DNA from: Microgenomates group bacterium Gr01-1014_16
Lineage (GTDB): Bacteria > Patescibacteriota > Microgenomatia > CAZETR01 > Amesbacteraceae
Reading direction: 5' to 3'
DNA length: 64,000 bases
NCBI GenBank assembly: GCA_007376345.1
Contig: VMGA01000001.1
Span: 61,747 to 125,746, forward strand
Shown: piece by piece, positions 1 to 9,898 of the stretch
Layout: each line of letters begins with the position of its first letter
How positions within the stretch are numbered: the first letter of the stretch is position 1
Program-made: the position numbers and the translations under genes
Notes under the pieces: generated by a model
What the model was told of the DNA's origin: nothing
What the model saw: the letters and a program-made list of their open reading frames with translations, nothing else
Databases searched by the model: none

Positions 1-301
1 TAATGTCGTCAAATATTGTGACATAGTCCACGCCTTCGATTCCTGCTACTGTTTCCGCTCGGTCTTTTTCTCCAATGATAGGGCGACTTGGTCCTTTGTA
101 ACTTTTGACTGATTGGTCACTATTTACTAGAATAAAGAGTACGTCTCCTTGTCTTTTCGCCTCTTGGATCGACTTGATATGACCAACGTGAATAATGTCA
201 AAACTGCCGTTACAAGTAACGATCTTTTTCCCTTGGTTTTTAAGTTGTCGTGCCAGGACGATTAATTTTTTCAGTGAAATTACTTTTTGACTTAGATACA
301 T
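1..301 (-). CDS. rfaE2: D-glycero-beta-D-manno-heptose 1-phosphate adenylyltransferase (HldC/RfaE domain II), 3' end outside window
   Basis: Not in the ORF track. My translation from ATG at 301 gives MYLSQKVIS...KIVTCNGSFDIIHVGHIKSIQEAKRQGDVLFILVNSDQSVKSYKGPSRPI...VDYVTIFDD, with the HxGH and NSDxSV..KG..RP motifs. Confidence 0.9.
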   Translation of the reverse strand, partial: MYLSQKVISLKKLIVLARQLKNQGKKIVTCNGSFDIIHVGHIKSIQEAKRQGDVLFILVNSDQSVKSYKGPSRPIIGEKDRAETVAGIEGVDYVTIFDDI

Positions 302-343
302 ATTTGTAGCTAATTGTAGCATTTGGTTTACTATTATTCGTGC

Positions 344-349
344 TACAAT
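344..349 (+). promoter_or_regulatory. Extended -10 box (TGcTACAAT) 8 nt before ATG 358, leaderless-type promoter
   Basis: TGCTACAAT at 341-349, no Shine-Dalgarno, same geometry as other operon starts in the window. Confidence 0.5.
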
Positions 350-357
350 CCCTTCAA

Positions 358-1359
358 ATGAAGTTGTCAATACTTGAAAAAGAGAGGCTGTTTAGAATAA
401 TAGATAAGTTTTCTGATCAAAAAATTGTGGTTTTAGGGGATCTCATGCTGGATCGATATTTATGGTCTAAAGTAGACCGAATTTCTCCAGAGGCTCCAGT
501 TCCTATAGCTAAAATCGAAAATGAAACTCTTGTCCCTGGAGGTGCTGCCAATACTGTTTACAACCTGGCCAGTTTAGACGTTAAAGTTGAAGCAGTTGGT
601 CTTATTGGGAAAGACTTTGCTGGTGAGGAACTTGCACGAATTTTGACAAATAAAAATATTGGACTCTCGGGTTTAATAATTGATGAGAATCGTACCACTA
701 CTCTTAAAACTCGTGTGATGGCAGGTAACCATCAAATGATTAGGTTTGATTATGAAGATACAAGAGAGGTTAGCCCTAAACTTGAAGGTAAGTTGTTGTC
801 TGCTGTTGGTGAGTGTCTAAAAGATGCCACAATACTAATAATCTCTGATTATTCAAAGGGTTTGATTTCGAGTCGTTTTGCACATCGTGTAATTGCATTG
901 GTGAAAAAAAAGAGGATTAAAGTTCTGGTTGACCCAACTCCACAAAGTTTCAACAAATATAAACACTCTTACCTCGTAAAGCCCAATAAAAAGGAGGCTG
1001 AAACAATTGTTGACGAACGTATGGCTTCTGACTATTCTAATCTTGGCAGTATAGGACGAAAGATGATCAATAAACTAAAGACTGAAGTTTCATTCATTAC
1101 GCTGGGTGAGGATGGGATCGCTGTAATAGATTCGTCTAATAACATTTTCCGTATTCCTGCTTCTAGCCGCGATGTCTATGATGTTTCTGGTGCAGGCGAC
1201 ACTACCATGGCGGCGTTGGCAGCAAGCCTATCTGCAGGAGCAAATCTCAAAAGATCTGCAATTCTGGCGAACTTGTGCGCGGGAATAGTGGTGGGCAAAC
1301 TGGGTACGGCTACTTGCTCACGTCAAGAATTAAGAAATGGCGTTCGAGAACAGATATGA
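358..1359 (+). CDS. rfaE1: D-glycero-beta-D-manno-heptose-7-phosphate kinase (HldA/RfaE domain I, PfkB family)
   Basis: GDLMLDRY..RISPEAPVP, GGAAN, SDYSKG, DVSGAGDT, GIVVGKLGTA motifs. ATG 358 preferred over the ORF-track start at 340. Confidence 0.93.
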   Translation: MKLSILEKERLFRIIDKFSDQKIVVLGDLMLDRYLWSKVDRISPEAPVPIAKIENETLVPGGAANTVYNLASLDVKVEAVGLIGKDFAGEELARILTNKNIGLSGLIIDENRTTTLKTRVMAGNHQMIRFDYEDTREVSPKLEGKLLSAVGECLKDATILIISDYSKGLISSRFAHRVIALVKKKRIKVLVDPTPQSFNKYKHSYLVKPNKKEAETIVDERMASDYSNLGSIGRKMINKLKTEVSFITLGEDGIAVIDSSNNIFRIPASSRDVYDVSGAGDTTMAALAASLSAGANLKRSAILANLCAGIVVGKLGTATCSRQELRNGVREQI

Positions 1360-2411
1360 AAATTCTTGTTTTGTGTTTACCGGCAATTGGTGACGGATTG
1401 ATGATAACTCCCATGATTAGAGTATTGCGTAAGAGATTTCCTAATGCTGAAATAGACGTGGCTTGCATGATGGGTGGGGTCCAGTATGTATTTAAAAACA
1501 ATCCATACATTAGCCAAGTTCACTTTTTATCTATTTACACAAAAAATTGGGTTCGGGGAATTTTCCAAATATTATCCTTGAGGAAAAGAAAATATGACGT
1601 GTCAATTTTGTCTTTTCCGTCTTATAGAAGGGAATACCATTGGGTTCAGGCTGTAATTGGAGCAAAGAAAAGTATCGCCCACTTGTTCTCTACGGGGTAT
1701 TGGTTGGAGTTCAACTTTCTAAACACTGATTTGGTGGCTGTTGATGAAGCTAGCCATAATGTAATTAATAATCTCAATCTTACCTATGCTTTGGACATCG
1801 ATTGGCGAAAATATTTAGAGGAAAAGAATGTCAGATATGACCTAAAACTTGATACTTTGGATATCGATTTTGGCAAAGACTACGTTAAGAGACTTGGCTG
1901 GTCAAATAAAAAAATCGTGGCTATTCATCCCGGGTCAACCAATTCGCCGGCTGCTTTACTACGACGCTGGCCTTCTGACAGATACGCACAAGTGGCTCGG
2001 TATCTAATTCGAAAAAATTATAAAGTGATAATATTTGCGGGACCTGAAGAGAAAGAAGTCGGAAATGAATTAGAGCGTTTTGTGCACAGTAAGCAGTGCC
2101 ATCTGGTGGACAACGTCAATTTTAACCAGAGTTTGGGCATTTTGAACCAAATGGATCTTTTGGTTTGCAACGATAACGGATTTGGGCATTTGGCAAACGC
2201 GCTAGGAAAGGAGATTGTGACACTGTGGGCTTCGACTAATGATAAGTGGAGTTTGCCAATTAACAAAAAACTGGTCACCCTTGTACGAGCCCCAAAGTTC
2301 ATTCCCTGGTATCGGTATATCTTAAAACGATCTATACCAAAGGGGGTTAGTGGCGGTATGGAGCAAATACAAGTAAAAGAGGTAATCGAAGCTATAGAGA
2401 AGACTCTATAA
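1356..2411 (+). CDS. Glycosyltransferase family 9 (ADP-heptose heptosyltransferase-like)
   Basis: AIGDGLMITP, IHPGS...RRWP, NDNGFGHLANALG motifs. ATGA overlap with the upstream kinase sets the start at 1356. Confidence 0.88.
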   Translation: MKILVLCLPAIGDGLMITPMIRVLRKRFPNAEIDVACMMGGVQYVFKNNPYISQVHFLSIYTKNWVRGIFQILSLRKRKYDVSILSFPSYRREYHWVQAVIGAKKSIAHLFSTGYWLEFNFLNTDLVAVDEASHNVINNLNLTYALDIDWRKYLEEKNVRYDLKLDTLDIDFGKDYVKRLGWSNKKIVAIHPGSTNSPAALLRRWPSDRYAQVARYLIRKNYKVIIFAGPEEKEVGNELERFVHSKQCHLVDNVNFNQSLGILNQMDLLVCNDNGFGHLANALGKEIVTLWASTNDKWSLPINKKLVTLVRAPKFIPWYRYILKRSIPKGVSGGMEQIQVKEVIEAIEKTL

Positions 2412-2949
2412 GTTCGCAGAGAGTGTGAATGATTACCAGGTGGACTTCCTGGATAAGAGGGGTTTTGTTTGAAGGAATAATTAAATTGATGTTGCAGAGG
2501 TTTTTGAGTTTACCTCCATTACCTGTTAAAGATATGGTTTTAACTTGGAGTGATTTGGCTGCTTTAGCGGCGGCTAAAATATTGGGAGAGTTGCCACTAG
2601 TGCTGATACAGAAGAGCACGTCCCCTTGTTTTGCAACAGCCTCCACCTGGCGAGAGAATACTTTATCGAATCCGTAGTCGTTGGCTATGGCCGTAAGGGC
2701 CGACGTGTCTGTGGTCAGAGCAATCGCGGGCATGGCCTTGCGTTCTTTTTGATACCGGCCGACCAGTTCGGCGGCGAAATGTTGAGACTGGGCGGCACTG
2801 CCGCCGTTGCCGCAAATCAGAAGTTTGCCGCCGGATTTGAATGTTTGAGTTATCAACTTGGCCGCTTGACTGATGGGAATGCGGAGTTTGGGAAGTGATT
2901 GTTTAATCAACTTACTCGAAGCGGTGAAATGATCGTCAATGTTTCGCAT
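2392..2949 (-). CDS. gmhA: D-sedoheptulose 7-phosphate isomerase
   Basis: CGNGGSAAQSQHFAAEL, TAIANDYG, STSGNS, IQEVH motifs. Confidence 0.95.
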   Translation of the reverse strand: MRNIDDHFTASSKLIKQSLPKLRIPISQAAKLITQTFKSGGKLLICGNGGSAAQSQHFAAELVGRYQKERKAMPAIALTTDTSALTAIANDYGFDKVFSRQVEAVAKQGDVLFCISTSGNSPNILAAAKAAKSLQVKTISLTGNGGKLKNLCNINLIIPSNKTPLIQEVHLVIIHTLCELIESSL

Positions 2950-3682
2950 AAATGCGTAACCAAAATTCGTCTATTTTTAACAATGGCAAAATGACCAGGA
3001 CTATATTAACTCCAAACTGGGGAATTGGCCATTGGCTAATAAAGAACTTGGATTTGAAGTTGTTTCTTTGCAAGATTTTCAAAATAGTCGATAGCTTATT
3101 TTCCGGGTTATAAGGGCTCGCGTGAAATTCTAGGATGATGTTTTTGACGAGCTTTAATTTTGGTTCAATTTCTTGAACGACTTCTGTTTCCGCGCCTTCG
3201 ATATCCAGCTTAAGTAAATCTATGGGAGAGTTTATATATTGGGAAAGCCTTACCGTTGAGACCTGGACTATTTTAGATCTGTCTTTATTGTTAAATTTGT
3301 TTTCTTTTAACGAATCTCCCCTGCCCCAAGGATTCTGTTTAGACTTACTGGTATAGAAATTCATTTTCCCGGATTTCCCTGCCACAGCCGCGTTTACCAA
3401 TTTAATCCGGGTTAGTTTGTTTTGAGATATGTTTTTCTTAAGTAGTGCAAAGCTTCTAGGACTTGGTTCGAAGGCGGTAATTTTAGCTTTGGGAAATTGT
3501 TCTTTAAAATACAAAACCGTTTCGCCTATTAACGCGCCGACGTCGAAGATTACCGGGTCCGGTTTGGAAGTATCAAACTGATAATAATTTTTCTCGTACA
3601 GTTCTTTTAACATTTCGTCCAACTCGGCTTCGTTGACGTAAGAAATTAACCAGTTTTTAAATTTTTTTGTTTTTATTCCCAT
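2936..3682 (-). CDS. FkbM family methyltransferase
   Basis: FDVGALIG, AFEPSP, LKLDIEGAE motifs. Confidence 0.88.
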   Translation of the reverse strand: MGIKTKKFKNWLISYVNEAELDEMLKELYEKNYYQFDTSKPDPVIFDVGALIGETVLYFKEQFPKAKITAFEPSPRSFALLKKNISQNKLTRIKLVNAAVAGKSGKMNFYTSKSKQNPWGRGDSLKENKFNNKDRSKIVQVSTVRLSQYINSPIDLLKLDIEGAETEVVQEIEPKLKLVKNIILEFHASPYNPENKLSTILKILQRNNFKSKFFISQWPIPQFGVNIVLVILPLLKIDEFWLRIYAKH

Positions 3683-5667
3683 GGCCAGACTTTGAAGGTT
3701 ACGTTAATTTCGTAATTCCCCAATTTGTCAACTTGCCAGCCATTGGCGTAGCCATTAATGGCAAAGTGCTTGTCGATAACGTCGTCGTTCACTTTTGCAA
3801 TCCAAAGATTGTTATAGTTTACTGAAAGGATAAGAATATATGGACTATTGGCATCCTTAATTTGATATCGGTAGTGAACTGGTGAAATCTTGACAATTTT
3901 ATAAGAGGGGAGTTTCGATTGATCTATCTTGGGTATGTCTGCCGATAATGAAAAGGCTGAAAGCAACGGAACAAAATCATCACTGTTTACCACCATATTC
4001 AATCCCTTCTTCAATGTTTCAGTTTCTGTCACGTCATTACTTAGATATCCCCAGTTTACGGGTACGTTCTCAAGTTGATATACATCTAAAGCGTCGAATG
4101 ATTTAGTGAGCCGAACATTCCTCATTTGAGAAGTCATTGATTTTGTTCCTTCATAGTTCTCTTGCACTGTAGGCCCTGGCAACACGTCCTTGTGCACCAC
4201 TAGCGTATCTATGACAAAAAATTGCATAAGACGATATAGATTTGGCGACCGTAAATACTGATATATAAGAAGATATGGATCGTCGGGGAAAAAATACGTT
4301 TTTGATACTGAGGGACGACTAAATGTGTACTCTGAAGGTTCATCTCCAGAATATCCCCAATTGTATTCCAGCCCAGAACCGTGGAGGAAAGGAAGGTGAA
4401 GCAGGCGAAAACCTGATTGACCATTTAAATAACCATCAGCAAGCTGGTAGGATGGAGGCACTTCAATCTGATACCCCGCAAAAACTTGGGCCGTCCACAT
4501 TGGTCTTAATAACACAAAACATACTACAAACAAAATTAGGGTTCTAATATGGCGAGATGGTATCTTAGACAGGCCCAAAGCTACCAGCAAGGAGTAGGGA
4601 AGCAAAAAAACAACCCCAAGTTTTTCATATGGATTTCGTAAAACCATAGTGACTGGTATACTATTAAACAACCAGGAGTAAAAACTTTCTCCCCACGGCG
4701 GATTTGCTCCCTTGACTAAAAACCAGCCCGCAATTAACCATATTAAAAGAACCTTTCCACTTGGAAGTCTCAGTGTGGATACTATTCCGACAACTAACAA
4801 TCCCACCAACAGTTGACTAATAAGGTGTATCGGCCTAGAAGAAAAATACTTTGACCAAATAGCCCGGGAACCAAAATAGTAATTTTGCTTTAGCAGTACA
4901 ATTTCCGAGTTGGGATAATACTTGCTCACGTCTATAAGAGACCTTACATTAGAAGAAACATTAAGATAACGAGTATAGGAATTTTCCTTAGTAGCCAAAG
5001 GATACCACCACCAAGCTGCGGCAAGAAGCCAGACGGTAACTCCAATAATTGCGGGGACAAATTTCCGATACTTTAGCCACACGATTCCCGCTGGTATCCA
5101 CAATGAAAAAATCGATGCTGTTAGGGTGAAAATATTTGAAAAAATGAAAGAAGTTATAACCAGTAATAGTAGGTACCTTACCTTTCTTGAATCCAACCAT
5201 CTAATCCAGATGTAAAGAAATAGAGGGAGATAAGACCATAGAAAAAATAATTCGTATATAAAGCGCTGGAGAACTTGAGAAAGGAAAAACAGATTAAATA
5301 CATAGAGGAGTGCAGCATACAATCTGGTATATTCTCTTGAATTGGGCAACAATAACTTAGTTAGTGGAGGAATTGATATTAGGGGGGTCACAATCAATAA
5401 AAAGAAAATTAACTGTTGAATCCTTAAACTAGGGACCCTTAAAGCGCTTAAGCCAGCTGAGAAGGCGTGTAGAGAAATTCGGGGTAACGAGAAGGGGTTG
5501 GTAAAGCCCAAGCCGGTATCTTGCCACAGATAAGATGACATTTGAAATGTTCTAATTGGGTTATAAAAGGGTAGTCCCTCCTCGGCATGAGCCAACATCT
5601 TCTTCTGACCGAACCAAATTGAGGTTAGAAGAAAAGGGACAATGAAAATTAATATCAATTTCTTCAT
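3673..5667 (-). CDS. Polytopic membrane protein, GT-C-like (AftD/YfhO-like) putative glycosyltransferase
   Basis: Many hydrophobic segments, YAALLYVFN, LRNPYEK, and a soluble C-terminal domain (HFAINGYANGW). Confidence 0.6.
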   Translation of the reverse strand: MKKLILIFIVPFLLTSIWFGQKKMLAHAEEGLPFYNPIRTFQMSSYLWQDTGLGFTNPFSLPRISLHAFSAGLSALRVPSLRIQQLIFFLLIVTPLISIPPLTKLLLPNSREYTRLYAALLYVFNLFFLSQVLQRFIYELFFLWSYLPLFLYIWIRWLDSRKVRYLLLLVITSFIFSNIFTLTASIFSLWIPAGIVWLKYRKFVPAIIGVTVWLLAAAWWWYPLATKENSYTRYLNVSSNVRSLIDVSKYYPNSEIVLLKQNYYFGSRAIWSKYFSSRPIHLISQLLVGLLVVGIVSTLRLPSGKVLLIWLIAGWFLVKGANPPWGESFYSWLFNSIPVTMVLRNPYEKLGVVFLLPYSLLVALGLSKIPSRHIRTLILFVVCFVLLRPMWTAQVFAGYQIEVPPSYQLADGYLNGQSGFRLLHLPFLHGSGLEYNWGYSGDEPSEYTFSRPSVSKTYFFPDDPYLLIYQYLRSPNLYRLMQFFVIDTLVVHKDVLPGPTVQENYEGTKSMTSQMRNVRLTKSFDALDVYQLENVPVNWGYLSNDVTETETLKKGLNMVVNSDDFVPLLSAFSLSADIPKIDQSKLPSYKIVKISPVHYRYQIKDANSPYILILSVNYNNLWIAKVNDDVIDKHFAINGYANGWQVDKLGNYEINVTFKVWPWE

Positions 5668-6683
5668 TATCTAATAAAAGACGCCATTGAATCAGTCAAA
5701 AATTTTCTGCCTGTTTTATTTTTTATAAATGTATACAGAAGTATATCAGTTACGGAAATTGTAACTATCGGTTCCATCAAGAGCGCCCAATCTTTGTGCT
5801 TTAAAAATCGGATAAAACCTCTGATGGCCGCTGGGAGGAAAAGATTGGCATAGATAACAAATAGAATCAATTTGAATACTTCGTATTTGTTGTGAGTGTC
5901 TAATATCGTATAGTGATATTTTCCATATTCGGGAAAGTAATGCATACCCATATTGCGGACACGCTTTTGTAATAAATGCCTGAAGTTTGTAGCATGATAG
6001 TGATAGTATCCGGGTTCGGGGACATAAGCAAAATAAGGATAACCGGATCGTACGCAGTTAATAATAAAATCATGATCAAAATAATCTTTTGTAGTCCAGT
6101 TAGGTGTCTTTTTTAAATACTTAATTCTATAAAACATGCGAGCTGCTGGGGGTATTTTTTTGTCCTCATATTTGCAAACAATGTAATTTTTCTTCGTCTC
6201 TATAAAGGTTTTTTCTACAGGTAAAAAGAGGAACTCCAATAGTGGGTCGCACTGACAATAGTGATAAGAAAGAAACCTGGGAACCCAGTGCATATTTTTA
6301 TGCGGATATTCCTTGGTGAACGTTGCCACCAGTCGGTCATCGTCAAGAAGTGGTTTAATCATGCTTTTAATAAAGTTTCTACCTCTTAAAACAATATCCT
6401 GTTCTAGATAAAAAACGAACTCTCCTTGAACTTTGTGAAGACCTTTCACCCAGTTTGAGTACAACCCTCCTTCCGGATGAAGAAAAACCCTTGCACCAAA
6501 CTTTCTTGCAATATTTACACTTTCGTCAGTGGATCCATTATCAACTACAACCACATCAATAAGGTTAGTTGAATATATCTGACTCTTGACCGATTCCAAA
6601 CAGTTCCGAACACCCTCCCCACCATTTAAGGTGAGTAAAATAAACGACACCTTTGGCCATTTAATCATCATGTCATGTGGCAT
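5667..6683 (-). CDS. Glycosyltransferase family 2
   Basis: VSFILLTLNG, VVDNGSTD. Start uncertain (6683, 6671 or 6668). Resembles 29802..30806. Confidence 0.85.
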   Translation of the reverse strand: MPHDMMIKWPKVSFILLTLNGGEGVRNCLESVKSQIYSTNLIDVVVVDNGSTDESVNIARKFGARVFLHPEGGLYSNWVKGLHKVQGEFVFYLEQDIVLRGRNFIKSMIKPLLDDDRLVATFTKEYPHKNMHWVPRFLSYHYCQCDPLLEFLFLPVEKTFIETKKNYIVCKYEDKKIPPAARMFYRIKYLKKTPNWTTKDYFDHDFIINCVRSGYPYFAYVPEPGYYHYHATNFRHLLQKRVRNMGMHYFPEYGKYHYTILDTHNKYEVFKLILFVIYANLFLPAAIRGFIRFLKHKDWALLMEPIVTISVTDILLYTFIKNKTGRKFLTDSMASFIR

Positions 6684-7581
6684 ATTTAACAAAACAATCT
6701 ACTACCCTTTGCCATGATCTAAACTTTTTTCCTAGTCTTTTTTGAGTATCTTGACTCATTAATCCACCATCTTTGGGATATCTGTTTGGATGTGTATTAA
6801 GATATTCGTCGATGCTAGCTTTTTTGACCTTATTCCTATCTGGGCGCACATTCGACATTAAATACTCAGCCAACTCCACTGGAGTAGTAACGTCGTCGCT
6901 TGCTACGTGATATATACCACTCATTCTTGCATCAATTAGTTGTATCAATGAATCTACAAGTTCAGGTATATATGTCAAAGTTATGTTTTGATCACAAAAA
7001 AGCGGATAGGAATTACCGGTGTCGTAAAGCCACTGAATTTTTCCAATATAATCTAACCTCGGATCATAGATAGGTTTAGTCACATTACCTATCCTCACAA
7101 CACAAGCGTTCTTGTTTGAAATGACTGCTTGTTCTGCCTGTCTTTTAGTCCAACCGTACCAAGATAAATCATTTGGATCGTTTTCAGGAATATCGCTTTC
7201 GGAATATGGACCTTTTTTCCCTTCTTTTCCGCTAAAAACCATATCTGAGGATATATGAAGTAAATATATCTCATATGTGCTGCATGCTTCGGTTAAGTTC
7301 TTTGCCCCAACCACATTGGCCAACCAGGCACTTCCATTTTTATCGCCTCTTTGTAATTCGGCGGTATTGGCGTTTCGATGAGCGGCAAAGTTAATAATTG
7401 TATCTGGTTGATATTTCGTTACAGATTGTGCCACTGACTCTTTTTCTGATACATCCATTTGAGACGGTGAAGGACAGGCTAATAAGTAGTCATTTCTTGC
7501 AGCAAGTGCGCGTATGCATGTAGATCCAATAAATCCACTTGATCCCGTAATTAAAATTCGTCTTTCTGATTTAGCGGCCAT
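6673..7581 (-). CDS. dTDP-4-dehydrorhamnose reductase (RmlD)-like SDR
   Basis: TGSSGFIG, ISSDMVFSG, YGWTK motifs. Confidence 0.8.
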   Translation of the reverse strand: MAAKSERRILITGSSGFIGSTCIRALAARNDYLLACPSPSQMDVSEKESVAQSVTKYQPDTIINFAAHRNANTAELQRGDKNGSAWLANVVGAKNLTEACSTYEIYLLHISSDMVFSGKEGKKGPYSESDIPENDPNDLSWYGWTKRQAEQAVISNKNACVVRIGNVTKPIYDPRLDYIGKIQWLYDTGNSYPLFCDQNITLTYIPELVDSLIQLIDARMSGIYHVASDDVTTPVELAEYLMSNVRPDRNKVKKASIDEYLNTHPNRYPKDGGLMSQDTQKRLGKKFRSWQRVVDCFVKYAT

Positions 7582-7614
7582 TTAACCCGATTATACAAAA
7601 TGTCCAGAGTTTTA

Positions 7615-8769
7615 CTAGCCAAGGTCAAACATCTCAGGATAAATTTTTTTGTAGTAGTATTTCTGGCTCAAGCGGTAAGCGTTCCGACTATAGAAGGAGT
7701 AGTTGGATATAATTTTTTGGGTGGCTTTTGCCAGGGCTTGGGGGTCATCGTGCCTAATTATTATTCCCGCTTTGGCTTTTTCCACTTCGTGGGAAAATTC
7801 CAAAACATTGGTTAATATCACCGGTAATCCGAGGCAAATGTATCTTTTAATTTTTCCGGGATCTCCATAATACGACACATTACTTGGATCTGGAATATAT
7901 GTGGCAATGCCTAAGGTACTTTTTTGCAATACCTGGTTAAAAGAATCACCTTCTAAATATCCATAGAATTTTGCTTTTACCCCTGTTTTTTTGGCCATAG
8001 CTTTAAGAATTTCCTCGTCGGGACCAGAGCCAATGACTTCATAACTAAAATTACCTATGCTTTTAAACAAGGTTTGGGAATGATCAAAAATAACTCCTGG
8101 GCCCTGGTTTATTTTGAGCACTCCAATGAAAGCATAAACAACCTTCTTGGGATTATGTTTTTTGTGATAGGGAAAGTAATCTGTGCCAATTGGAACGATT
8201 GTGTGCTTTGCGTCTCGAGCATAAATTCCCAGATCTTTGCGCAAATTTAACAATCGGTTGTTAACGAATGCCACCTTATCTGAGTACGAACTAACCCTAT
8301 CAAACTGCCAATAAATATACCTCATTAACATCACAACCTTACTTGGATGAATTGGCGGATAGTAGTCCCACACCCAAAAAATTGTTTTGCTTACAGCTCC
8401 GAAATATCTTAAGTTAATGCCTATCCAGGCAATAAAAGCATTAACAGTGAAGAAGTAATCAATTTTTCCAAATTTTCTTTTCAGCCACAAAGAGTAAGCT
8501 ACAATCTGGAAAAAATTAATTATAGACCGCACCGGCAACAGAAGAAAGATTAGTGACTTAGGAATCGGTAATTGAAACAGAACTTTTTCGATAATCAGAT
8601 CACCTTTCCTAAATACCAGTAATCTATTGTAATTCTTTTTATTGCGTAAATTGTAAAATCCTATGGAGAAGTGGAATACGTAATTGAAATTCTCTTTCAG
8701 ATATTCCAGGATCTTTCCGGAATTTTCGTATGGCGAGTAATTAGTGTAGACGATCGAATTTTGCGACAT
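7615..8769 (-). CDS. Glycosyltransferase family 4
   Basis: GT-B C-terminal features: FIGVL...QG, IGSGP, PGKIKRYICLGLPVI. Confidence 0.8.
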   Translation of the reverse strand: MSQNSIVYTNYSPYENSGKILEYLKENFNYVFHFSIGFYNLRNKKNYNRLLVFRKGDLIIEKVLFQLPIPKSLIFLLLPVRSIINFFQIVAYSLWLKRKFGKIDYFFTVNAFIAWIGINLRYFGAVSKTIFWVWDYYPPIHPSKVVMLMRYIYWQFDRVSSYSDKVAFVNNRLLNLRKDLGIYARDAKHTIVPIGTDYFPYHKKHNPKKVVYAFIGVLKINQGPGVIFDHSQTLFKSIGNFSYEVIGSGPDEEILKAMAKKTGVKAKFYGYLEGDSFNQVLQKSTLGIATYIPDPSNVSYYGDPGKIKRYICLGLPVILTNVLEFSHEVEKAKAGIIIRHDDPQALAKATQKIISNYSFYSRNAYRLSQKYYYKKIYPEMFDLG

Positions 8770-9889
8770 TTTCAATGATGTAGCTAACCTGCGACTCTGT
8801 CAGATCAGAATGCATGGGGAGTAAAATGACGTCTTTGTCCGCTTTGGCTGTGTTTACTAAGTCTCGTCTTATTCCCCCAAACATCGGGTAGATATCATTT
8901 CGACGATTGTTAATATTTAGCATGATACCTTTTTGGTGTAAAGATTTTGCGAACGAAAGCCGGTTTTCGACGTGAACCGGAAATATTTGGTAGTTTGGCT
9001 TTCTGTCAGAGTAATATTTCATGAGTTTTAATCCCTTTAAATCCCCCAGTTCATTTCTATAGCGCTCTCCTATAAATTTCCTTTTGTCCTCCGCTTCATC
9101 AAAGTGATTTACCCCTGCTAAAGCCAAAGTGGCAACGATATCGTTCATATTATATTTAAAACCTAAAACTTCACCACGAAAATTTTTTGGAAATGGGTTG
9201 AGTAAGTTTGTTGTTTTTTCTTCTTTGTCTATACCATACCAAATTATTTTCTTAAGTTTCTTGTAATATCTCTTCTTTGACGTGGAAATTAATCCCCCAT
9301 CCCCGGAATTGATAATTTTTACCACTTGAAAGGAGAAACAAGCAAGATCACCTTTGGCGCCGATATAATTACCCTTATACATGCTCCCAAAAGCATGAGC
9401 TGCGTCTTCTATTATGGGTATTCTATGTTTTCTTCCAATTTTCCATATTTCAGCCATATCGCATGGATTCCCCCCGTAATGAACAACTATAATCGCCTTA
9501 GTTTTTGAAGTTATTTTTTTTTCGATGCTCTTTGGATCAATATTTAAGTCATCGTATTTAATATCTGCAAATACTGGTTTTGCACCCTGTTCAAGGATTG
9601 CCGTATTGGTTGCAATAAATGTAAATGGTGTAGATATAACTTCATCTCCTGGTCCAACTCCAAGCGTGGCCAGAGATGCCCTTAATGCGGCTGTACCATT
9701 ATTTACCGCAACACAGTATGGGAAACCCCACTTTTTGCATGCTGTCGCCCTTAGCTCTTTCTCTTTTTTGCCGGTATTAAGCCATCCTGATCGCAATGTT
9801 TTTGAAACCTCAGTAATGGCTTCTTCCGGAACATATGTAGACCATGTTCGTATTAATTCTCCGCCAAGTTCATAGTCTTTTTTTGCCAT
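8741..9889 (-). CDS. DegT/DnrJ/EryC1/StrS family PLP-dependent sugar aminotransferase
   Basis: NNGTAAL, VHYGG, EDAAHA, SFQVVKIINSGDGG (PLP lysine). Confidence 0.92.
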   Translation of the reverse strand: MAKKDYELGGELIRTWSTYVPEEAITEVSKTLRSGWLNTGKKEKELRATACKKWGFPYCVAVNNGTAALRASLATLGVGPGDEVISTPFTFIATNTAILEQGAKPVFADIKYDDLNIDPKSIEKKITSKTKAIIVVHYGGNPCDMAEIWKIGRKHRIPIIEDAAHAFGSMYKGNYIGAKGDLACFSFQVVKIINSGDGGLISTSKKRYYKKLKKIIWYGIDKEEKTTNLLNPFPKNFRGEVLGFKYNMNDIVATLALAGVNHFDEAEDKRKFIGERYRNELGDLKGLKLMKYYSDRKPNYQIFPVHVENRLSFAKSLHQKGIMLNINNRRNDIYPMFGGIRRDLVNTAKADKDVILLPMHSDLTESQVSYIIENVAKFDRLH

Positions 9890-9898
9890 AAAAATGTA

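Noticed and set aside
302-320. Direct repeat TTGTAGC x2 in the rfaE divergent gap as an operator
   Set aside because: Only two short copies, and they overlap plausible -10 elements (GCTACAAT on the minus strand).
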